Below are positions 15,416 to 31,800 of a stretch of DNA of 64,000 bases, in pieces (the first letter of the stretch is position 1; the number at the start of each line of letters is the position of its first letter). The translations under genes were made by a program, and so were the position numbers. The stretch spans positions 6,835,779 to 6,899,778 of the forward strand of contig MU058198.1 in NCBI GenBank assembly GCA_013265495.1, written 5' to 3'. This stretch comes from Vicugna vicugna. Taxonomy: Eukaryota. The notes under the pieces were generated by a model, which worked only from the letters and a program-made list of their open reading frames with translations, was not told where the DNA came from and did not search any database.

Positions 15416-15879
15416 CGCGACTTGGGGTTGATTGCTGTGGCCTGTGACCCCAGTGAGGGCTCGGTTGCCAGGGCCGCAAGATGCTTGTCTAGCAAAAAGC
15501 ACTTGGGGGCGATCCGGAGGTTACCCTAGAGGCCACAGAAATGCAGGCTTGTGCACCCTCTCCTAGCTGGAGCTACAGCGTCCAAACCGGCGCATAGAAC
15601 CCAGGCTGCTGTGCGGGCGGCGGGCACCAATTAGCATCCGCTGGAGCCGATTTGGTCCTTATGCAGACTCTGATTGGCTAACTGTTGATAGGCGCAGAAA
15701 CTCAAAACTTGAAAGCTGGACTTGTGGCAGGGCGGAAGTGCTGAGTTTACGGACGCCTTAGTAGGGGCGGAAGTAGAGGCTTCAGCGGAAGTGGCACCAA
15801 TAAGGGCGGAAGCATTGTGGCCGGGGTCCGAGCTGGGATTCCGTCTGCGCTGGCCTGCCGCCCCCGCTGGGCTGCGGCA
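15416..15879. promoter_or_regulatory. Bidirectional CpG-rich promoter shared by SLX1A and BOLA2
   Basis: Head-to-head ATGs with 464 bp between them. ETS/GABP-type CGGAAG motifs at 15733, 15768, 15786 and 15807. CCAAT/ATTGG boxes near 15627, 15673 and 15797. Confidence 0.85.
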
Positions 15880-16418
15880 ATGGAACTCAGCGCCGAGTAC
15901 CTCCGGGAGAAGCTGCAGCGCGACCTTGCGGCGGAGCACGTGGTGAGTTGAGTGGCCTGGACTCGCCAAACGAGGGGAACAGGGCTCCTGGGGGGCGGGC
16001 TTGGCACCATCCACACCATTCTGCCCCATAGGAAGTGGAGGACACGACTCCCAACCGTTGCGCGTCCAGCTTCCGAGTCCTCGTGGTGTCGGCCAAATTC
16101 GAGGGGAAGCCGCTGCTTCAGAGACACCGGTGAGACCCCGGGAACATCTCACTCAGCGTGGTCCCAGCTTTGGGATCACATCCCCGGCCACTCCCTGAAA
16201 CCTAACTCTTTCATCCCTGCCAGCACGGCCCAGCACCTCAGTCTCCTGTCTCTCCCTAGCTTTGGGGACCGCGACCCAGGCCCCAGCCTGCTGTTCTCTA
16301 ACCCCATCTCTCCCCTAGGCTTGTGAACACGTGCCTAGCGGAAGAGCTCCTGCACATCCATGCTTTTGAGCAGAAAACCCTGACCCCAGAGCAGTGGGCC
16401 CGTGAGCAGCAGAAATAA
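15880..16418 (+). CDS. BOLA2: BolA-like protein 2 (cytosolic Fe-S, GLRX3 partner), 86 aa
   Basis: Exons 15880-15942, 16032-16129, 16319-16418 total 261 nt. Translation MELSAEYLREKLQRDLAAEHVEVEDTTPNRCASSFRVLVVSAKFEGKPLLQRHRLVNTCLAEELLHIHAFEQKTLTPEQWAREQQK*. ATTAAA at 16440-16445. Confidence 0.97.
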
Positions 16419-18238
16419 GAGACTGGGACCAGCACACACATTAAATTATGAATCAAGGCCAGCTTGTGTGTCAGTGTGTTGTGTGTAGGAGAGTGAGAGG
16501 CTGCGGAGGCTGAGTCTAGGGCCTGGCTTCTCCCTGCCCCCAACTCTCCATTGTTTTACTTTGGGTAAGGTCCTCTCCACACATAGGCATTGGTGCCCCT
16601 GCTTTTAAATGAAAGTCCTGTTCTTAAAGTCCCTTCAAGTGTGGGCCTCACAGGTCTTCTCTGTAATCTTTGGACCGTAGGGGTAATGCCACTACCCACC
16701 CAACCCACCCATTCATTGACCTGGGGGTTCCTGCTTTGCTTTCCTTCAGGATGCACAGAGAAGACAGTGATCAGAGTTTCAGGGCCCTGGGCAATTTAAC
16801 AAACCTCTCCCCCTCCCCAACATCACCCCGGGGTCCCCTTCCAGTTCCCCCAGCCCTTCACAGCCTCAGGGACCTGGTGCCCCAGTAGGGGCTTCCAAAT
16901 GTGCCGAACCTGGAATGCTGATGTTTTCTGGCCCACTGGAGGAGGTCCAGTGACCCTTTAGCCCTGGGCTTGATGTGACCACAGCTGCCCTGGGGAGATG
17001 GTGAGGTTTTCAGGAATGCAGGAATGGGCAGGGCATAGGGAGCGGATTACAGCAGGAAAATAACCTGAGCCACAAAATTGGGGCAGATGATGCCCCTAGC
17101 ATCAGTCATAAACACAGGTGCCAGGGTTGTTTAGGCCTTGCACAGATGAGGTCCCTGAGACCCAGGAGGGATAGCAAGCGACCCAGTTGGGGCCAGGGCC
17201 CTTTGAGGGTGAGAAATTGCAGATTTCAAACATCTCACCCACCCTGTCCCACTGTTTTCCAGGTCAGATTCTTGGTCCCTAAATTACCGCCATCCCCTAC
17301 CACCGTCTCTTGTTCCTATTAAGGGAGAATGGGCTGGTAAAGCTGGAAGTCATGGTGATTAGGGGTTAATGCATCTAGGTTCCACGGATCCTTTCCTGAA
17401 CATTTTTTAGTTTCCCTGGGCCGGGAGGGAAACTAGTATCTACTCAAAAGTCTACTTCACCAAAAGGACCCAGCACCCCTGTGTGCAGGAGAAGGTGAGG
17501 CCCAGGCTCCAGATGTTCTGGTTCTCTCTCTACCTGATTGGATCCACCCCCTGCATTCACAGAGCTGTGGTGGTATTCCTCTCCAGTCTATAGATCAACA
17601 GCAAGCCTAGAGAGAAGTGACTTGCCCAGGGTCACATGGCTTGCATAGAGGTTGAGACTCAAAACAAGGAGACAAGGACATTTGGCATGCCGAAGTGGGG
17701 GAGGAGGTTCGTATTGGACATTTGGTCCTTGCTGTGGTCCCTGAATGGATGAATGAAGCCCTGCTGTGGCAGGACACCCATCCCTAATAGCCCAGTGTAC
17801 CAGCTCAGGGTGTCATCTGCTAAGCTGGCCATCAAAAACCGACTTGTAAGTTCCTCCTTGATAGGCCTGACAGATCTATTCAGATCCCTCTCAGAGGCCA
17901 GGCCCAGGTAGAAGCCACAGTAAGAGCTTAAGAGGCAGCAGCACTGTGCAGGGAAGACTGAACGAGAAGGGAAGACTCCGTCATGACTTGGGATCTGCCC
18001 CTCAACAAGCCCCTCTGTGGTTTCGGGCATTCGGAGGCATCCCCCAGCCCCTGCCATGGGTCAATCTTATCAGGGCTGTGGAGGGGAAAGCTCAGGGGTA
18101 GGTCAGTTCAGCAGACCCCGCATCCAGTGACCAGTTATCACAGTCTGAGAGGTACCAGAAAATAAAGCCATTTTATTATTATTTTCTCATCTGCCATTGT
18201 GGACTGAGGAGTGGGAGGGGAGGCCAGCCACTGGTCCT

Positions 18239-21957
<3,719 letters not shown>

Positions 21958-23517
21958 TTATCAAGGCCCTGTCTCTCCCAGGACACCCCTCTGCCTGGAG
22001 TTCACGGTCTCAGCTCACTTCCCCAGCATCACCTCCCCGGGCCCCCTGCCACTCTCCTCTGTAACCGACATCCTGCTACCCTCACACTCGTATCTTGCCC
22101 GCCCCTTGTCACTCCTGGCTAACCTGCAAGGCCCACCTTCTCCACCCACCCCAGGCCAGGCTTCTGTATCCTCGGCCTCCACAGCAGAGCCTGGTGTGGG
22201 GTTGTATCTAGTGCTGATCTGTCCACTGACTGGGTGACAAACACAGAGCCATCCCCTCTGGGGGTTCACACTCCAGGGCTTCAGTGCAACAGCTTGGAGG
22301 GTGGGTTCTCAGCCTGGACATCCAGACTCAACAACCTCACACCCACGTGGGGCACTTCCTAAAGGCAGGGGCCCTCCCTCGCCTCCAGACACGGCTGGAC
22401 ATGCAGAGGTAGGTGGGTTTGCCCAGGAGGCACGTCCTCAGTGGCAGGATGGTTTCCCCAGCGGGCCTCTGGGCACCAGAAGCAGGCGGATGGCCAGGTC
22501 CCAGCATCTCCTCCCCCACACACCTCTGCTTCTCACCTCCACTTAAGCAGGTGCCCTTAAGTGTCTTCTCCACCCCCATGAACCATCCACAGGAAGGGAG
22601 CAGCCTGCGCTGATTTCTCTGAGGTCCACCTAGATGGTTTTCCCCCATGGTGACTGGGCGGACAGCAAGTGAAGCCAAGAGGCCTACCTCTGGCTCGCCC
22701 CACTTGAGGCTCCATCCTGGCGCCCAGCAGCATTGCCTTCCAGCTCAGCATGGGGGCCATGCTGCCAACTCGAGGGCACCCCCAGGGCCTCTCTTCCACT
22801 GCCCCAGCTTCACACATTTGCCTCTCCTTTGGGCCTGGCCCTTCTCACTGGGGGCTCCAGCCGCCCTCACCCACCCTGTGACTCCCCAGGTGGCTCCTGG
22901 GTCCACCTGCCCAGAAAAGGGATGAGGAGCATGTGTAAGGAGAAGCAGTCTGGGGGAAGGAAGATCCATCCCAAGTGGGAAGCCTGGGTCAAGGGAGAGG
23001 GGAGCCCCAAATGGGGTTGGGAGACAGGAAGCCATCACCCCACCCTGCCTCCTCCCCCACCACAGGTACCAGGCCCGGAAACCACGGAAAGGGGAACTTG
23101 GCCTTTTCTTGTTTTGCTCTCAACCCCTTCCTGTCTCCAAGCTCAGGGCAGCTGCTGGGCTCCCTCCACCCTGCCCCCACCCCAACCCCCAAAGACTCCA
23201 ATTCTGAGATAGTGGGGGCTGGAAGGTGTCCTGACCCCCCAGCTTCCCCACCTTCATCTTGGCTGCTGTGGTCCCACCATCCTCGTCCCCTCACAGCGCT
23301 CTCGGACACACAGATGGACCTTCCCACACCCACCCACACCCACACCCTCAGGCAAGTTCTTCCACGCGGGGTGTGGACCAGCTCGGTCTCCATCTCAGAG
23401 CCAGCTTGCTCTGACAGTCTGTCCGCCCCCACAGCCGGCTTCTGCCAAGCTCTCGCCTGCCCTACAGGTGGCCCGGGGCAGTGATGTCGAGTCCCGTCTC
23501 CTGGACCCCAGCCTTAC

Positions 23518-23760
23518 CTGCTGCTGAGATGAGTGACCCCCGCAAACGGAGGAGGGAGAGGAGGAGGAGGAGGAAGGAGCTGGAGGAGCCTGAGACTGCC
23601 CGCTGAGGATGCTCTTGTCAAGACAATGAATGAGAAGCGGCGGCGCCCGCCTCCTTAGGGGTGGCAGCGCCCCTTTGGGCGGAGCTCTGAAAGAGGAGAG
23701 CCCTTCCCTCCGCGGAGGCGCCGCCTAGCCCCTCCCTCCGCCGAGAAGCTCAGCGCCTCA
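23518..23760 (-). promoter_or_regulatory. CORO1A non-coding exon 1 (about 23640-23518) and GC-rich promoter
   Basis: Donor CAGCAG|GTAAGG at 23518/23517 can splice to the acceptor 1 nt before the ATG (21904). The pyrimidine-rich CCT-repeat 5'UTR resembles mammalian CORO1A exon 1. Confidence 0.8.
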
Positions 23761-25039
23761 GCTGCCAATTCTAAACCAAAACAGATGCTGCTGGCCAGTC
23801 GCTGGCAATCTAATCTGCACTTTTTAATGTCAAAATGCAAAAATAACCTGTTCCTGCTTTCCTCCTTCAGCCCACCCCCAGCCTACTCGCCATCCTTTCC
23901 CTGGCATTCATGAACCGGCCAATCCGTTCCCCCTAGCGGGCCTTGGTACAGGCCCCAACGCCCACCCCGAGCTGAGGCTGTGATGCTTTCTCCTGCCCAA
24001 CCGACTGTCGGGGAACAGAGGAGGGGAGGGGTCAAGGAGGAGGGAGAGCCCTGGGGCTGTCCAGGCTCCTAGTTTACAAATGGGTGGCCTTGGGAGAGTC
24101 ACTTAACCTCTCTGGGTCTGTCTTCATCCAGAAGCCCCTCTGCCCTGCCTGCCTCATGGGAGGCAAATGAAACAATTAGGCATTAGGGGGCACCTCTTTG
24201 TGCAGGGACCACAGAGGTGAAGGAGGCAGAGTCAGGCTCCTGCCCCCAAAGAGCTCTCTGCCTCCTGGAAGGAGAAGCACAAGTAACAGCTCAAAGGAGC
24301 TAAGCAGAGGCAGAAGCCCAGACTTCAGACTCAAGAGGAAGGAGTTTATTTCCATCCTTGGGTTCAGAGACTGTGTCACGGAGGTAGCAATGCAGAGGGC
24401 AAGAAAGGCACACTCTAGAATCAGAGTCTGGTTTTATGAGTTTGACTCATGGCTGTCACTCCTACTGAGAGACCTTGGGCAGGTTCCTTAACCTCTGTCA
24501 GCCTCAGTTTCTCCTTCTGTAACAGCATCATACCTACTTCCTGAGGTTATGGGAACAGAAAGCCTTCTGCACCTCATCCGAAGTGTAGCAAGTGCATAAT
24601 AAATGTTATCTCTTGTCACTGTTACTGCTTACAGAGTATTGGGGTTGAACCTGAAAGGATGAGACTAAACCAACGGGCATGACCAAAGGAGGTCTTGTTG
24701 GCTGAGGGGCAGTCTGAGCAAAGGCCGAATAATGCGATTCTTCAGCACCTGATTCAAATCCCACCTCCACTACGGATTGGCTGTATGATCTTGGGCGCAA
24801 GGTCTAACCACTTCTAAACCTCAGTTTTTTCATCTGTAAACTGAAGATAAGTATGACTTGTCCTCCCACCTCACAAAGTTTTGAGGCTCAAGTGAGACAA
24901 TGGTTTTTAAAGTGTCCTATACATTATTTAAGTGTGAAAACCTATGAGTTGTATTTCATCTGAAAACCTGCTACTGGGCAGGACTGGACGGGGATGGGCA
25001 GGGACTGGGATGTGCAGTCTCCAGCAGAAGTGATAAGAC

Positions 25040-25545
25040 ATAGAAGCAACCTAAATGCCCATCAAAAAGATGACTGGATAAAGAATATGTGATATATATA
25101 CAATGGAATATTTCTCAGCCATAACAAGGAATGAAATGCCATTTCTAGCCACATGAATGGACCTAGAGATGATCATGCTAAGTGAAGTAAGTCAGAGAAA
25201 GACAAATATATGATATTGCTTACATGTGGAATCTTAAAAAAATGAGACAAATGAACTTATTTACAAAACAGAAATAGTCTCACAAACATAGAAAACAAAC
25301 ATGGTTACCAAAGGAGAAAGGGCGTGGGAGGGATAAATTAGGAGTTTGGGATTAGCATATATAAAATAGACAACCAACAAGGGCCTACTGTATAGCCCAG
25401 GGAACTATATTCAATATCTTGTAATAACCTATAATGGGAAAGAACTGAAAAAGAATCGACATATATATGTATATATATGTATAACTGAATCACTTTGCTA
25501 ACTAACACAACATTGTAAATCAACAATACTTCAATTTAAAAAAGA
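25040..25545 (+). mobile_element. L1 3' fragment (artiodactyl-type)
   Basis: AAGCAACCTAAATGCCCATC...GGACCTAGAG...GGGAGGGATAAATTAGGAGTTTGGGATTAGC...ACTTCAATTTAAAA, similar to the other copies in this window. Confidence 0.85.
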
Positions 25546-26942
25546 AGAAGAACTCAGTAAGTGCCAGCACCGTGCCAGCACGGTTCTAAACACTATAAAT
25601 ACGTTGCACTCCCTTAATCCTCACAACACCCCCAGCTGGCAGATACTACCTCCAGTTTAAAGGGAGGAAACTGAGGCACATACAACCTTAAGTCCTGGAG
25701 CACCTCATCTCCAAGCGGAGGACATGCATGTGGTGGTAGGGCCTGAAAACCCTGCCCCTGACAGGCCTGGAGAGGGAAAGCTGGAGACCCACAGAGACTG
25801 CTTTCATATTCCAGCCGGTCTGCGCCGTGGGATGCTGTGGACAGCACGTGGCTGATGCGGAGGACAGATGCAAGGCCGGTGGGGGAAGCTGTGGGGAAGT
25901 AGCTGTCCAGGGAGCACGAGTGAGAGTTAGTTCAGCGGCAAGTACAAAGGCCGTGCCATGAGGCTCTTCACGTGATTATTCAGGGGCCGGTCCTCCCCGT
26001 ATGAGGGGTGTTGGGAGGCTGTTCCTGCCGGTGCCGCTGGCCCAGCATCTTACCATCCCTCCTTCACTGAAGGCTATATTTTTCCTTGAGGGAAACAACC
26101 TTTCCTCACTGGCAGTCCCTGAGGTTCAAGAGAGGGTACAGGATAGACACAGAGCCCACGCGTCCCCAGTCAGAGCAACATTTTTTGATTGGTTCGGGGT
26201 AGACACTTGATTCAAGTCTATATATTCAGAAGTAGACTCTGGAGCTGCTAGGAAAAAGAGCCCCCTTTTCACTAGGGGTTAGTAAGCTGAAAGGCGGTAA
26301 GTCCAGGACTACTAGTGACCACCTTGGCCCCATGGAGGAAACGCCGGCCAGAATGAGCGCACACAGAGGACTGCAGATCCAAGACACGAAGACAGACATA
26401 TTCTGGACATCATTTGAGTATCTGGATCAAGCTGTGCCTGACCCCTTTCTGTCACATAAGGCATAAGTTTCTTTTTCCACGTAAACCAATACATTTGAGT
26501 TGGATTTCTGGCACTTAAAATTGAGAGTTCTAACTGGTACACCCACCACGGAGGGAGACAGGATGAGAGGCCTTTCCAAGGTGCCAGATACATACAGTAA
26601 AGAGGGTCTGAAATGCTGAACACGGGATAAAGTCCAAACTCCTTAACAAGGCTCACAAGACCTCCTCTGGTCTGTCCTGCCCTAAAGGGGCTGTAGAGCA
26701 TGATGGAGTCAGACCTGGAGAACCTCTGCTTCAAAACTTTCAGCAGGGTTCTCTTGCTGCCCCAGGGTAGGAGCGTTTTCTCACCTGCAAAAGAAGCGCA
26801 GCACTGCTCGCTTTCTAGAATATGTACCCATCACCCAGTGTCAACAATTCCCAACACGTGGCCAACACTGGTTCATTCCTTCTTCCCTTCCACACGATTT
26901 CCTTGAAATCTGTTAAAACAAATCCCAGATATCATAGCATTT

Positions 26943-27043
26943 TTTTTAGGTGGGGAGGTAATTAGGTTTATTTAGTTATTTTTAGAGGAGGTACTGGGGA
27001 TTGAACCCAGGACCTCATGCATGCAGAGCTATACCCTCCCCCT
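26943..27043 (-). mobile_element. tRNA-derived SINE of the same family, internally deleted
   Basis: GGGGATTGAACCCAGGACCTCATGCATGC and GGGGAGGTAATTAGGTTTATTT. TSD TATCATAGCATTT at 26930-26942 and 27044-27056. Confidence 0.8.
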
Positions 27044-28354
27044 TATCATAGCATTTCAACTTAAAACACTTCAGTATTTATTTCTACCAGGTAAAGACTT
27101 TTCAAAAACCCCTTGAGTTTTTAATAAAATTGCATTAACTTTATAGATTCATTTGAGAAGGATATTAAGACTTCTATCTATGAATATAGTGTATTTCTCC
27201 ATATATTTATGTCTTCTTTTATGTCCTTTAATATAATTTTATAATTTTCTCTGTAAAAGTCTAGTATATCATTAGATTTCCCCCCACCTCCATAGGTATA
27301 TTATAGTTTTGTGGCTATCTTGAATGGATTCTTCTCATTCTAGTTATAACCTTATTTTATTTTATTTTAAAATCAACTTTATATATACACAATAACATAC
27401 ATCTTTATTTCCATATAGTATAACACATTCATTTTAAGGGCATGGTTCAATTAGTTTTGACAAATGTATATACCCATGTAATTACCACCATAATCAAAAT
27501 AGGAAATATTTCCATCACCCCTAAAATTTCATGCCCTTCTACAAATCCCCACCCAACAGCTCCAAGCAACCATTGATCTGCTTTCTGTCAGTATAGATTA
27601 GTTTTGCCTGTTCTGGAATGTTCCATGCAAATGAAATCATACAGTATGGGTCTAGCTTTTTCACTCGGCATGATGTTTTGAAATTCAATCATGTTCCTGT
27701 ATGTCAGATAAGGATTTTTATTCTGCCTAAGCACAATACCATTATGTAATACAAAATTATACCTAAAAGATCTAGCAATAACTTCTTAACATTATTTGAT
27801 ATCCAAGCTATGTTCAAATTTCCACAACTGCCTTAAAAAAAAAGAACCCAGCAGTCAATCTTAACATCACCAAAAGCTGGACAACCAGACATCACACACC
27901 TCCTATAATACATATAGTAAGTATGTAGCAGCACCTTTGCAGTACTCTCACCAAAATCATCATCATCGTCATTATCATCACCATCATCCTGAATCTAATC
28001 AACCCTCTAGATCTAACTACTAGTGTACAGAAAATAAGAGGGATGGAAGAACAGGTTAAATAACACCACGGAAGCAATTACCTAAATCAAAAATGTGGAA
28101 AATTTTACAGGACAAATGATCTGGCTTCAACAAGCAAATGACATTAAAAGAAATGGAGGGGGAACATATTAAAAGAGTCTTAAGAAACACAGCAACCAAC
28201 CATAATATGTGAACTTTCTTTGGCTCCTGATTCAAACAAATCAACTAAAAAAAGAGAGATTTTTAAAATTAAATTCTGTCACTTACAACCAAGAGTCCTG
28301 ACTGTTCCAAGGAGCACTAGGTCTTTGGTGCTGCACCAACATTCCATCACTGAA

Positions 28355-28368
28355 TAAAGAAGCTGCGG

Positions 28369-28402
<34 letters not shown>

Positions 28403-28878
28403 TACAATGGAATACTACTCAGCCATAAAAATGAAATAATGCCATTTGCAGTAATATGGATAGACCTAGAGATTATCATACTAAGTGAAGTAAGTCAGAC
28501 AGAGACAAATATCATATTATAATACTTATATGTGGAATCTAAAATTGACACAAATGAACTTATTTACAAAACAGAAATAGATTAACAGACATAGAAAACA
28601 AACATATGGTTACCAAAAGGGAAGGGGGTGGGGAGGGATAAATTAGGAGTTTGGGATTAGCAGATACAAACTACTATACATAAAATAGATAAACAACAAG
28701 GTCCTGCTGTATAGCACAGGAAATGACATTCAGTATCTTGTAATAACCCATAATGAAAAAGAATATATATATATATATATATATAATATATATATGTGTG
28801 TATTTGTATAACTGAATCACTTTGCTGTATGCCAGAAACCAAAACAACGTTGTAAATCAACTATACTTCAAAACAAAA
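28355..28878 (+). mobile_element. L1 3' fragment with TSD
   Basis: Same L1 3'UTR motifs with internal (TA)n tracts. TSD CATCACTGAA at 28345-28354 and 28879-28888. Confidence 0.85.
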
Positions 28879-31800
28879 CATCACTGAAGAGTCTCAAGAG
28901 CCCTGTGAGATGTTTTATTGTCCTTCTTTTACAGATGACCAAACTGAGGCTCACAGGAGATAAATGACCGACCCATGGTCACACAAACTGGGATCCAAAT
29001 ACAAATCTGCCTGACTCTGAAACACATGAGTCCATCCAAAGTGTCCAGTCAACCTCTTGAAGCAGAGGTGTCTACAAAAGCAGAGAGCAGAGCAGTCGGG
29101 AGGGCGAATCAAGCCTGAAGCCCGGTAGGCACTCTGTAGATGGTGGTGGAATGGGTGAATGACATTACATTTAACCTGGGTCTTGATAAGAGTTTGTCAA
29201 GCAGAGAAGGTAAGGGAGAGGGGGGAAAAGCAAGGAAGAGATGATGACATTTTAAGGGCAGTGTGAAGGCTGGAGCCTCAGGTGCTTGGGATGAAGGGGG
29301 AAGTGGTAAAGCCGGGAAGATCAGCAGGAGGCAGACCATGAGGGACCTCAACCTGTGTCTTGGCAAGGAGTTTTCTCCTATAGGCAAGAAGAAGGCCACA
29401 CAAGTCTCTAAGTAAAGAAGTGACAGTCTCATTTGTAAGAGGTTACTCTGGTAGCCTGGACCCTGCCCCTGGGGCCCTCAGGCCTTCTCACAGTTGTGGT
29501 CCTCCATCCACCAGCAGGCTCTGCCCTGATCCACATTCAGGAACCATCCCGGCCTTAAGTGGGAGGCACATAAGGATGCCACATCCACAGACTCAGGCCT
29601 AAGTAAACCTTTCCAGCCACTCCTCACTAGCCATCTACTCAGGTGCCTTCCTCACCTTTATGAGACGATCCCTGCTCCTGTTTCATGGAGAAAAGAGATG
29701 AGAACTCTCTAAACCCCTCTGTTCCCACCAGTAACAAAATCTCCAGCTCCTATAAACAGCCATAGACTGTTATCACAGAGAAGGTGTCCTCCTGGGGCCC
29801 AAGGCTGAGTCCTCCCTCTTGGGACACATTCCTTCCCACTTCCTCAGTAACCTTCCTCCATCACTTAACCCCTTTCTCCTGCACTGCCACGTTCTCCTCT
29901 CCACAGAGCCTCTCTCTTCAGCTTATAAAAACAAGCCTAGGTCCCCTGTGTCTTTGGGGGAACCTCTCTCAACTCAACAACCTCAAACCACTTCCCTGTC
30001 TCAGTCCTACTATTCACAATCAAGTTTCTTGAAAGAGCTGTTTACACTTATGTCTCCACTTCCTCATTTCCTATTTACTCTTTCACCTCCACGAGTCTGG
30101 TTTCTGCTCCCACCATTCCGCGCAGATGTGCGCTCGCCACAACCACCAATAATCTCCTGATCGTTACATCAAACAAGCACCATCAGGAGATCATCTGATG
30201 CTACTGACTCCTCCCTCCCTCTGGAATCTCTCCTTTCTTTGGTGTCTGGACCCCATTCTCTCCTGGTTCTCTTTGCTCTGCAGCTTTCTCTCTTAATCCC
30301 CCACAGGGTGTCTCCCTTTGCGTAACACGGTGTCTATTGGATGCTCCTCAGGATACCACCTCTGCTCACTGCACCCGAATTCCCTACACCATGTCATCCA
30401 CATTTGCAGCTTCAGCCACAAACTCTGACCGTCCCCAGTCTGTCTCTGTGGCCCAGTCCTGCTGCCTGGGCTCCCTAGATCTGACTATCAACTACATGGC
30501 TCAACCGGCATGTTCCATTAGGACCTCAGGGAGAGCCTCACAGCAGAAAGAGTCTTGACCTTGAATCTCTCCCTCTCCCCACCACTACTGCCTGAGCTGT
30601 GCTGCCTAGATCATTGCCCTAGCTCCCTGACTAATTGCCTTCCTCTAATCCATCTTTTACAGCATCAATAGAGTCACCTTCCTGGTCATAATATGCCTAC
30701 CTTACAAAACTCTACCAGCTCCTCAATACTCCTGGGAAAAAGTTGGGAATGCCCTCAGCACGGCATACAAAGCCCTTCATGACCTTCCCCCTTCTACCCT
30801 TCTGGTCTCGCTGTCCATCATCACCCACGCTCAGTCTGCTCCCTTGTTCCTCTGGTCCAGAGGCTGAACCCTCAGCTCTCTGCAGGTGGAAGCAGGTGTT
30901 CGGGTTACCTGCTGTGGAGTAAACCATTCCAAAAGTTTGTGACTTAATATGACAACCACTTTATTATCTCTTATTATTCTAGGATTTTGAGAGGAAGTGT
31001 CCCAAGAGAGACAGTGCTTCAAGGGGACAGGCCTGTGATTGGCACAGGGTCACCTCCACCACATGCTATTAGTTAAGCAGTCACAGGACCAGCTCAGGTC
31101 CCGGGGAGGAAAAATCAACCCCCCTTTTTGATGCATAGGGTTACAAAGGATTTGCAGCCACCTGTAAGCCACCACAGAGGACTAGGCAGGTAACAGGAAT
31201 CGCTAATGCAGGCCAGGTGAATTCTAATAGGCACTGTGGCTGCACTAGCCCTTTGTCGCCCAGCAGGAATGCGGGCTCTGTGTAGCCAAACCTTCTGGTT
31301 TTTCAAGGCAAGTTAGAAATATGAATTTTTATGCAAAAGCTCCAGATTTTTTAGTGTTGGCAGCCAATTCAGAAATTTATAAAAACATTATATGAGCAAA
31401 ACTGAATATGTCTTTGGTTTGGGTGTGATTTTCCTGGCCAAAAATATCTTTGGGCTCTGTTCCTCGCCCTTGGCACAGACCTGAAATCGCTTACTCCTTA
31501 TTTGCTACCAAATTCTTATGTATCCTACTTATCCTTTAAAATTCGGGTCACAATTTCCTTCTCTGGGAAGCCTTACCTCACACCTCCCCTCCCCTCCACA
31601 GCCACTCCTCTAACGGTTTCTCTTTTCCCCTGTGCCAGTGGCCCCTGGTTCATCCCTCTGTCGCGGTCATCAGTACACTGGTACACTGGATAGTAATTGT
31701 TTACAGGTCCAGCTCCTCCACCAGACTGCTGGGCACGGGGCCCAGCACGTGGTGGGCATTCACTAAACATAAACCCTTCTTTCTTTCCCAGCACTGCTAA

